Shown piece by piece: positions 54,458-64,000 of a stretch of 64,000 nt of DNA. Source of the DNA: Octopus vulgaris. Lineage: Eukaryota. The position numbers and the translations under genes were made by a program. How positions within the stretch are numbered: position 1 is the first letter of the stretch; the number at the start of each line of letters is the position of its first letter. The notes beneath the pieces were generated by a model. That model worked only from the letters and a program-made list of their open reading frames with translations, made no database searches and was not told the DNA's origin. Location of the stretch: assembly GCA_951406725.2 (NCBI GenBank), contig OX597819.1, positions 82,398,001 through 82,462,000 of the forward strand, written 5' to 3'.

Positions 54458-54615
54458 GTGCAGACATGGTTCTTGTGGCAGAAGTTTGCTTCCCAACCAC
54501 ATAGTTTTGGGTTCCATCCCACTGTGTGACACCTTGGGCAAATGTTTTTCACTATAGCCTCCGGCCAATTAAAGCCTTGTAAGTGGATTTGGTAGACAGC
54601 AACTGAAAGAAGCCT

Positions 54616-54653
<38 letters not shown>

Positions 54654-54905
54654 TATATATATGTATATGTATATCTATGCGTGTCTGTCTTTGTGTCTGT
54701 GTTTGTCCTCCACCACCATTTGAAAACTGGTGTTGCTGTGTTTACATCCCTTTAACTAAGCAGCTCAGCAAAAGAGATTGATAGTATAAGTACTAGGCTT
54801 AAAAATAAGTCCTGGGGTCGATTTGTTTGACTAAAACCCTTCGAGGAAGTGCCCCAGTATGGCTACAGTCATATGACTGAAACATGTAAAAGATAAAAGA
54901 TAATG
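54458..54905 (+). mobile_element. SINE family A, full length
   Basis: tttgcttcccaaccacat...caccttgggcaaatg...aataagtcctggggtcgatttgtttgactaaa. Confidence 0.9.
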
Positions 54906-56089
54906 AAAGATGATTTATTTTCTGACTGTGGTAAGGTTTGTAGATATTTATAGTGTTTACAGACTAGGACTCCTCTAAACTTGTCAACTTAATATACAGA
55001 GCAGTGTATGCAATGACAACAGGGATTAATTCCCACATAGTGATATGTACAACATCTTTGTCTAATTTGAAATGTAATATAAAATATTTTTGTTATTAAG
55101 CATATAATTTTAGACTTATTATGAAAAGTAAAGAAAATATGGTTACTCCACTGAGTTTATCTATCTTTGTGTAGAAAAAGTAGAATCAGTTTTACTATTT
55201 ATTAATTTTCTTAGGTTAGAGTAGAGGAAATGAGCTAAATACCTGAAGTTAGTGAAGGACTGTAGCATGGATGAATAGAGATGAGCAGTCGAAGATTTAC
55301 AGGTCATTTCTACAGAAAAGCTCATAGAACCCCAGATATTAGAGGAAAGAGAAGAACCATCAAAAACAATATGACTGCTCTTGAGAAACTATATGGCTTG
55401 CTAAAAAGAAGTTGCCAGTGTGGTCATTAGAATACCACTTAAGCATAGAATTAAGTGTAATCTAAGCATAGAATTAAGCATAAAATTAGGATCAGGTCAC
55501 CTGGATAATGATGTATGTTGCAAGATTAGTAACAACCACTGACTTCAGCATATAACATTGGTAATGTGTCCAGGTATTATATCTGTAGATGTATGCTGAA
55601 CTCATCTGAGAAAGAATAACCATTTTTTTTTTTTCATAACAGAGAGTCGTAGCATATAATTAATCATAATATATACAAAATAGGACTCAGCTAAATTCTT
55701 TCATGTAATTTACATATCTTTGCATCAGCTGGCAATATAGGTTAATTCAATAAATAATAATACTTTCTGTTATTGGCATAAGACCCGAAATGTAAGAAGA
55801 GGTTAATTCACTAAATTTGTGTGTAGTGTTGTATCACACTGTTAATGATGCAAATTAGAATGACCAGTTTCACTGAGCCTTAGTTTGTATGCAATGTAAG
55901 TAGCTATATGCTACAAATCTTCCTGTAGATAGAAAAATGGATATCCTTTCAATGATGAAGATTTAAGAATACTAGAAACTAATTATATCAATAGCTATTT
56001 TCCCCATGGTAAGATAATGTGATGTGAAAAAGCTTCTTATATCTCTCACAACCAGGTTAAAGTTGTATGATTATTAAAGAATGTTACCA

Positions 56090-56465
56090 GGCATAGATGA
56101 GTGTTTAAGAAGCTGGTTTTGCAGCCTGGTGGTTTTGGGTTCAGTCACAATGTGCATACCTTGGGCAAGATTCTTCTATTATAGCTCCAGGTTGACCAAT
56201 GCCTTGTGAATGAATTTGCTAGTCAGAAACTGTGAGGAAGCCTGTCATGTATATAGGCATGTGCATGTATGTAAGTTTGTGTTTATGTCCCTCACCACTG
56301 CTTGATAACTGGTGCTGGTTTGTTTACATCTCCATAACTTAACAGTTCAACAAAATAGAGGGATAGAATAAGTACCAGACTTGAGGTTGATATTATTGAC
56401 AAAACCCTTCGAGGCAGTACCCAGGATAGCCACAGTCCAGCGACTGAAACAACTAAAAGATAAAA
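56090..56465 (+). mobile_element. SINE family A, old copy
   Basis: gggttcagtcac...ccttgggcaag...gatagaataagtacc...gactgaaacaactaaaagataaaag. Confidence 0.8.
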
Positions 56466-57446
56466 GGCATATCCTACCTTTTGGCAAATTGGCAGTGAAT
56501 TGGCTGAATCATTAAAGCACTGGATAGAATGCTTTGCTGCATTTGTAAAGGATGTTAACTTTGCCTTTCATAATTTTAATGTTGATAATAAAGTACTAAT
56601 TTAGAACAGCAGATTGGCAGAATTGTAAGAATGTCAGAACATCAGATTGGATATATTACAGGATTTGTTTCAGATTTTTACATAGATGTAAAAATCCAAC
56701 TTTGACTTACTTGGGTGCACCTAGTTTAACATCACCATTTAGGCTCTTGGGTACCTTCAGCAGAGTCCATTCTGTTGCAAGCATTCAGGCCAGATTTCCA
56801 GTTTAAGTATCTCTTCCCTCCACTCTCATCCCAGCAATCTCAGAGGTCTTGTAAAGGGTGTTGTGCATCCCCCGCTCCATCCACCGAAATATTAAAAAAA
56901 AGAATAGAAATACTGTATCATCATAATTTGAATTAACATTTGGAAGTATAAAATAACAATAATAACTATAAGTGCAGCCATGTTGAGATGAGATGAAACA
57001 TACCTAGGAAGCAAGAAATTTGCAGTTATTGTTGTTTTACAAAATTAATTTGCTACATAATACTAACCTTTAACATTTATCATCAGGTTATCAAATAATG
57101 CCTGTGGGTAAGTATGTATGGTAGTGCATGGTTGTTGATAACTTGTATTTTGTGATAGTCTCTGTGTTGTTTACATTTGTTTCAAATAAACACTATAATT
57201 TAAATTAGCATTAAATATTTTCATATTTCTATATTGGAAATGAATGGTTATTTAAAAGATTATTAAAAATTTCAAAATAATTTCATTTCATTAATCTTTA
57301 ATAATTCCACCTTTTGCTTTTATTTATTAAGTTTGCTGTTTTACCTGAATTCTGATAAATTCTTCAATAATATTTAGATTAAATATTATAGACTGAGACA
57401 ATATGTCACTTTATATAATACAGATACCTACATTAGTTGAAAGGCA

Positions 57447-57539
57447 AGGAGTTGACTGTGTGGTAAAGTTCACTTTCCAACCATGTGGTTTTAAGTTCAG
57501 TCCTACTGCATGACACCTGGGTCAACAAAAGCCCATTAT

Positions 57540-57611
<72 letters not shown>

Positions 57612-58010
57612 GTGTGTGTGTATATATATGATACACACACACATATGTGAGTGTATGTTTGTGCAAGGCAAGTAAGTTAATATATTTCTATTTTTAGATG
57701 TGTTGTGGGTTTCCTCACTGATTGTAAACAATGACTTTGTTGTTGTCACCATACATTTCTAACCCACTGCAAAACTATAAACTGGGCTTCATGTTATGTG
57801 GCAAAAACTTTGTAAACAAATGCCTCATTTAGATGGTATCTTTTGTTTCCAGTTGCTTGATGTTCAATAGACTGGAAGAGTATTATCTCACAGGAAACAT
57901 TTGGGAGTTGGTGACAGGAAGGGCATCAAGTTATAGGAAACACTGCCCCAGCATATTGTTGTGTGACCCATGCAAGCATGGAAATGTAAAATGTTAAATG
58001 ATGATGATAG
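57447..58010 (+). mobile_element. Composite SINE: family A head, long (TA)n, RTE-like tail
   Basis: gactgtgtggtaaag...ttcagtcctactgc; ggtgacaggaagggcatc...cccatgcaagcatgg...gttaaatgatgatga. Confidence 0.7.
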
Positions 58011-58835
58011 GTAATCCATCTTACAATTCTAACATTAAAATAACTGTTTTCTATCTGAGCTTATAGTTGAAACATATATTATTGTATCTTAACAAGACAA
58101 ACAATGGAAAATTAATCAGCTTAGATATTTCAAGGCTAACATTAAAGTCAGTAATTACAGTAGTTCTGTTTTATTTTCAGCATTTATTTTATTGAATGAT
58201 GTTTTCAATTTTAGTGTCAAATGTCAGTAGCTTTCATCAGCCAATTTTTTCATGTTGAAAATTTTAATGGCAAAGAACATTTTGACTTTTCATATGTTAA
58301 CTTGATAATGGCAAAAGGTCAAAGAAAAATTGATGAATTGCCTCATATTTGTTAACTGCTCATTTTGAAACATATTACTGCTTGAACACGTTGAGCCAAA
58401 ATATTTTTGCTTTAATATAACTTCTTCAACATTTAATATTATCTCTTCAACATAGAGTTTAGACTTGGAAACAATGAAATTTCTTAACAAGCCTTTAAAG
58501 AGAATACTTTGAAGGGGTAAAAAATCTGCATTTTTATTTCTCAGCACAATTACGTTATTCATGATATTATGACAGTGAAATCAAACATTATTATTACATA
58601 TTAAAAGCATGTTTGTCCACATATGCATGGATATATTAGCAATTATTGGCATGACTTTAATCCTTTTATTTTGAATTTGTTGTAATATATTTCTCTATAA
58701 AAGAACATATGCATATATGTACAGCATGTATATATAAATGCATATGTAGAGATAATTGTAGTGACTGCAAATAAGTGTCCAACCATACTCCTTTTCTATA
58801 TTATATATATATATATACACACACATACTAACATA

Positions 58836-59836
58836 CAGGGTGCAATGCGTAAATTGTCGCCATTTTATATCTTTAATTTCATGCATGTTCATGGTTTGTC
58901 GACTACACAGTAGTAGGGTCAGTTGGGCACTGTCTGTGAGAAAAACAGCACCATGACACAATTCACTCTGTCAAAAATGTGGAAACGACATGCTGTTCTG
59001 CTTGGCATTTGCACTGGAAACTCCAATGAGAACATTTCAGAATGATTGGGCGTAAATCTGAAGACAGTGCAAAGGATTTAGAAAGAGTTGGATCAGTCTA
59101 ATGGTGATTACGAAGGTACAGCAGCTTGGAAATCTCAGTCTGATTGATCTGATAAGAATAGAACTCCTGAATCTGTTGGTGAGACTCAGGCCATGATTAA
59201 CAACAATCCCTCCAAGTCAATCAGGTTTATCAGCAGGTACATGGGAGTGCTTGAGTTTCTTATCAGGCAGGTAGTGCGTGAAGATAGTATTCCTCATACA
59301 AGATGAGAAAGGGCCAATTTTTATCCCAAGGCATCATAGAGAAGAAGAAAGACTGCATTATGAAGCTTTTGAACAAACTCAAGCATCCCCTCCCACTGCA
59401 CATGCTTTGGTTTTTCTCAGATAAGAAAAATTTCTGCCTAGATCACTAGTGATGGCGAAGATATGCCTCCATTCATCTTCCCACACAATCTCAGACTCAA
59501 CATGGAGGCGTACATCAAGTGCCTGAAGGTGATAGAGCTGACCTGGATGAAGAGGGTGGCTGCTGGAAGACCATATGTCTGGCAACAGGACTCTGTACCA
59601 TGCCACACAAGCAGGAAAACCCAGTCACAGCTGTCAGATTATTTCTGCAACGACATCACCCCTAACATCTGGCCACCTAACTCACCAGAGTGCTAACCCC
59701 TTTTATTGAATAAATTCACTCTTCAGTATTTCAAGATATTTTTATGTAATTTTGGTAAATATGTCTGTTAAAATGAAATGTCAGTGTAATTTTCATTTTT
59801 GTGTAATTTAGATGACAATTTATTCACCACACCTTG
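58836..59836 (+). mobile_element. Tc1/mariner-superfamily element (probably maT/DD37D-like), internally deleted, both TIRs and TA TSD
   Basis: TA|cagggtgc...taaattgtcgcc and gatgacaatttattcaccacaccttg|TA. Transposase remnants from ATG 58953: PSKSIR, WFFSDKKNF, YVWQQDSVPCHTS, WPPNSPEC. Confidence 0.88.
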
Positions 59837-60012
59837 TATGCATGTATGTGTATATATATATATAGGTGAAAAGTAAAAAGAAAGAAAGAAAATGCACTCT
59901 AGGTATCAAAGTAATGGCTTTTTTAAAAATAAAAACAAAATTATATACATACAAATAAGTGATTTGAGGTGGAATTAAGAAGTATAAAAATCATTATCAA
60001 GAGTCAATATAG

Positions 60013-60051
60013 AAAGTTATACCAGTTTCGTCATCGCTGTTCACTGACTTT
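60013..60051 (-). ncRNA. Second minimal hammerhead-like motif with G3:C8 core, in a probable PLE terminal fragment (~59865-60075)
   Basis: Minus strand: aaagtca | GTGAACA | gcgatgac | GAAA | ctgg TA | taacttt. Stem I pairs 6/7; triplet GUA. Confidence 0.55.
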
Positions 60052-60099
60052 GAATCAACTCCGATTTCCAAATGGGGTTGGGTCTAATAGTATACATGC

Positions 60100-60142
<43 letters not shown>

Positions 60143-60160
60143 TACATACAGACATACATA

Positions 60161-60530
60161 TGAGAGAGAAAGAAATGGAATTCAGGAGACTCTTTATTCT
60201 CTGTAATCATCTCATGCACTGGTACCTCACAGTGAGATACAAAACAAATAGTTGCAATGCATCATAAGTGCAAATTTATTTCCTCAAGTGACTTGTCAAA
60301 AGGTACCTCACCTTTTAATTGCCATTTTGCTTATTTCTGTAACAATACATATTGGTATTAAGCAAACAAAAAAATGTGTGCCTTTTGACAAGTTACCCAA
60401 GGAGACACATCTGCACTTATAATACACCACTACTGTCTGTACGGCATCTCACCTGGAAGGTACCAGTGCACGATGGGTCAAGTGATCATAATGAATAAAA
60501 AGTCTTGCAAACTCCGTTTTCATTCTCTCA
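60161..60530. mobile_element. 370-bp fold-back MITE, TA-flanked
   Basis: Nested complementary blocks: tgagag/ctctca, tttattc/gaataaa, tgcactggtacct/aggtaccagtgca, ataagtgca/tgcacttat, acttgtcaaaagg/ccttttgacaagt, ttgctta/taagcaa. Confidence 0.85.
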
Positions 60531-61069
60531 TATTTTTATAAGCTCTATGGTCACAAAGAATATACCTCAATACCTTTGTTGACATCAGGTATCCACATAC
60601 TGTAAATGGGCGTTGAATGACATATCACAAGTGTATACCAGAATATAAAATTATTACATTTATATAACGATACCAGTATTATATAGAAAAATATGTAATT
60701 TGATATTGCATTTGGAAATAATATTATTGATGTTGTGTACAAATGTCTTGTCATAATTATAGCTGAATTTCTTGCAATTGTTTTAAATCGCCAATGAAAT
60801 TTCATTTGCATTTCAACAATAGATTTTCTTCTGCCATTGTTGCCTTTGTATACAATATCTTTGTCATGTCATTGTCACTCTTTTCAAGTTATCTTTATGC
60901 TAGCATGTCTTGGGTGACTCTTTAATTTTGTCTTATTTGAAGTATCTTATTTTCATTGATTTTTCTAGGTCAGGTTTTTCACATCTCATCTTCAATCACT
61001 TGCATTTATTCCTTTGTTAACTACTAGAGTACCAACGTAGCATAACTTTTGAATAGACAAGCATTATGG

Positions 61070-61600
61070 ATAAGGTATGGCTGTGCGACTAAGAATTTAA
61101 TTTTCAAACTACATACTACTGGGTTCAGTCCCATTGTACGATACCATGGGCAAGAGTCTTCTATTGTAGCCCTGGTTCACCAAAGACTTGTAAGCAATTC
61201 CAGTAGACAGAAACTGAAAGAAGCCCATTGTATTTGTGTGTGTATGTATGCATGTATGCATTTATGTATGCATGCATGTATGTATGACACATCGTTTAGT
61301 GGTTCAGGTATTCAGCTCATGATTGAAAGATTGTGAGTTCAATTGCCAATGGGGTGTTGTCGTCTTGAGCAAGACACTTTATTTCACATTGCTCCAGTCC
61401 ACTTACCTGCAAAAAATGAGTTGTAATTCAAAGGGCCAGCCTGTCAGACTCACTAGCTCACAGCTCTGTCAAACTCACTTGATCACAAAATCTGATTCTA
61501 GGGACAAGGCCACGAAGTATGTAATATAAACAAGCATTAATGCTAATGGCAATGCCCCCAGAATGGCTTCAGCTTCTGGGCAAAACCAATAATAGTGTAG
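61070..61600 (+). mobile_element. SINE family A head followed by SINE family C
   Basis: ggctgtgcgactaag...gggttcagtcccattg...gaaactgaaagaagccc; then ttagtggttcagg...cttgagcaagacactttatttcacattgctccagtccac. Confidence 0.8.
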
Positions 61601-61724
61601 AAGAATAGAATATACGCATGTATGTATGTGTGTATGCATATGTATATGTGTGTGTAAAATATATATGTACATATATGTGTGTGAGTGTGTGCATGTATCT
61701 GTGTATATATATATATATATATAT

Positions 61725-61980
61725 ATCATGTGATCACCAGACTATTAGATGTTGTTCCACATGAATGGTGATAATACATTTTGCATCATTTTAGCCTTTG
61801 AAGGATGCCACCCTACTGGCTACACTAGCAGACCAACCTTCCCCACTGACCGAAAGAGGGACAAGAGCAATGTGAAATGAAGTGTTTTGCTCAAGAACAC
61901 AACACACCACCCAGAGTGGGAATCAAACCTACAGTCTAGCGATTGTGAGTGCAACACCTTAACTGCCACTCCACATGTCT
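61725..61980 (-). mobile_element. SINE family C
   Basis: gagcaatgtgaaatgaagtgttttgctcaagaacacaac...gggaatcaaacc...gattgtgag. Confidence 0.75.
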
Positions 61981-62859
61981 TCACATATATTCATATGCAT
62001 GTGTGTGTGTATATTTATGTATGATGCATATTTACATGTATATATGTATAAAATGTCTGTTACCATTACTCAGTATCTTGGGAAGATGTGATTCCGAGTT
62101 GCTAAATAACAAGTAAACCAATTACTTTAATCCTAAGATTCTAAAAATGCCTCAAGATGCTTCATCTCAAACTTGAACGAAATACATATAGATATGACTC
62201 TACAAACCTTATTTTTCATAGCATCCTCTGTATTAGGACTTTAGTTATTAACATTGTGCCAGCGTCTCTGTACTTTTATGTAGATGATTCTTGGCTAAAT
62301 ACAGTCATGTTTTTACTTTAATACGTGGTTTTCTGCTGTTATTGCTTGCCATCTTGATGAGAAGAAAGTGACATGAATTCTGATGAGCTAAATGACAATG
62401 AAACCTGTGGGTTTGATCTTTATCTCACTCTGCTGCAAAGGTTCTCCTGGCATTTCATTTCACAGTGAGATTAAATACATGCAGATATGAAATCTCTAGA
62501 TTCATTTGTTGTCTACCTTTATCTGCCTTCTTCATTCTTAAGCCCCACCACCACCATCATTTATGTTATTGCATTTTTTCACTTCATACATAATCCCATT
62601 TCCAGATCTTTACCCATCAGTCTTTTCATATGCTTTACTTTTACTGTTCCTTGAGATATACATTGCAAATATCAAGTATTTCCATTTCAGATCTTGTTCT
62701 AACCTTTGTGTTTGAGTAAGGGATAAGATATATGTCATTACATTTCACCTCTTTAGTCTCTTACCAGTTAAGAATTGGGCATTAGATACAACACTTGCCA
62801 ACAATCATTCACTTACATAATGCAACATACAGATTACCAATATTTTAAATATACATAAA

Positions 62860-63075
62860 GTTGTGAGCTGGCAGACTGGGCACACTGGACAAAATGCTTT
62901 GTGGCATTTCATCTGTTTTTATGCTCTGAGTTCAAATTCTGGCGAGGCTGACTTTCCCTTTCATCCTTTTGGGGTTGATAGAATAAGTACCAGTTGGACA
63001 CTGGGATCAATATAATTGACTAACCCTTTCTCCAGAAATTGCTGGACTTGTACTAAAATTTAAAATCAATATTTT
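62860..63075 (+). mobile_element. SINE family B
   Basis: gtgagctggcag...tctgagttcaaattctggcgaggctgactttccctttcatccttttggggttgatagaataagtaccagt. Confidence 0.85.
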
Positions 63076-63535
63076 AAAACTATATAGATATCTGTTTGTA
63101 ATTCAGTTTACTGATTTTGTGTTAACCTTCAGATATCTTAAATGCAGTTTAGTTTCCAGTTTACCAAATTAAATTAATTTGAAATATAATATCCTGTAAG
63201 AGATACATTACTCTTAATACATTAATCTATGCATTGTTTTCTTCTATTAGTGGTGAGCATATTAATCATTATTAATGCCATTGTCTTTTATCACTTTATC
63301 TTCTGCTATAACTTTGCTGCTACATTTCATTTTAATTTCTACAGTAACTTAATTTCTAATTGTTAGTCATAGTTACACAATATAGTTGGAAAGGAATTAT
63401 TACTTTGCCATATCTAGTTGGTAATATATGTAATTAAATACATATTGTGATTTAGTCCAATGTAACAGAATGATATTTATCTCATTCTAAAACAAATAAC
63501 TTTAATTTTCAGTTTCACTAAGCTGAAAGAAGACA

Positions 63536-63573
<38 letters not shown>

Positions 63574-64000
63574 TGTGTGTGTGAATACATACATATACAC
63601 ACACTCACATATACATATAACAAGCCAAATATTCTCACACTCAGATAATACATAATCAAATGTTGTTGTGAATAATTGGTTGCAATGATCAAATTATTAA
63701 CTATATGTTGCATAGATTATTATTTAATACTCTAATATTTCATTACTTCCTTCATTACACTACTGAAATATTATCTGAATCTTCCTAGCTGAAATTTTAG
63801 GTCCTATCGTTATAGTAGTGTAACAATATAGTGATAATCCAACAGGAGACTTGGTTTCTTATTCAATCAGTTTGGATAATTAATGAGAAGTTTATTGGTG
63901 CAACCTAAAGTTCAAATTTTGATACAACTCATTTAGCCTGTCTGTTGTTTACAGTTGTCTACTCATATTAAACCATACACAAGTACCAGACTAATTAGAG

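Noticed and set aside
62376-62420. Canonical-looking hammerhead core ctgatga...gaaacctgtgggtt
   Set aside because: Stem III forms but stems I and II do not pair; probably chance.

Overview
AT-rich eukaryotic DNA dense in microsatellites and interspersed repeats, with no intact protein-coding gene. The repeat content (tRNA-headed SINEs with internal (TA/TG)n, (GAT)n-tailed RTE-LINE ends, Penelope-like elements, Tc1/mariner relics) fits a cephalopod such as Octopus best; this is an inference. The window is probably a long intron or intergenic region. Nearly all listed ORFs are microsatellite or repeat read-throughs. Real coding remnants are two Penelope-like RT/GIY-YIG relics (0.3-2.4 kb), a solo GIY-YIG (43.9 kb), an RTE LINE (27.5-29.1 kb) and four Tc1/mariner relics. 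The most notable observations are: (i) minimal type-I hammerhead-ribozyme folds with a compensatory core swap, GUGAACA instead of CUGANGA, at 46.3 kb and 60.0 kb; (ii) a ~1.23-kb near-perfect inverted duplication (22939-24170 / 24941-26183) surrounded by templated patches; (iii) a consensus recursive-splice-type site (pyrimidine tract-TAG|GTAAGT) at 47207 and a 39-nt microexon candidate at 27172-27210 on the + strand. Alignments and coordinates were done by eye, so repeat boundaries are approximate.
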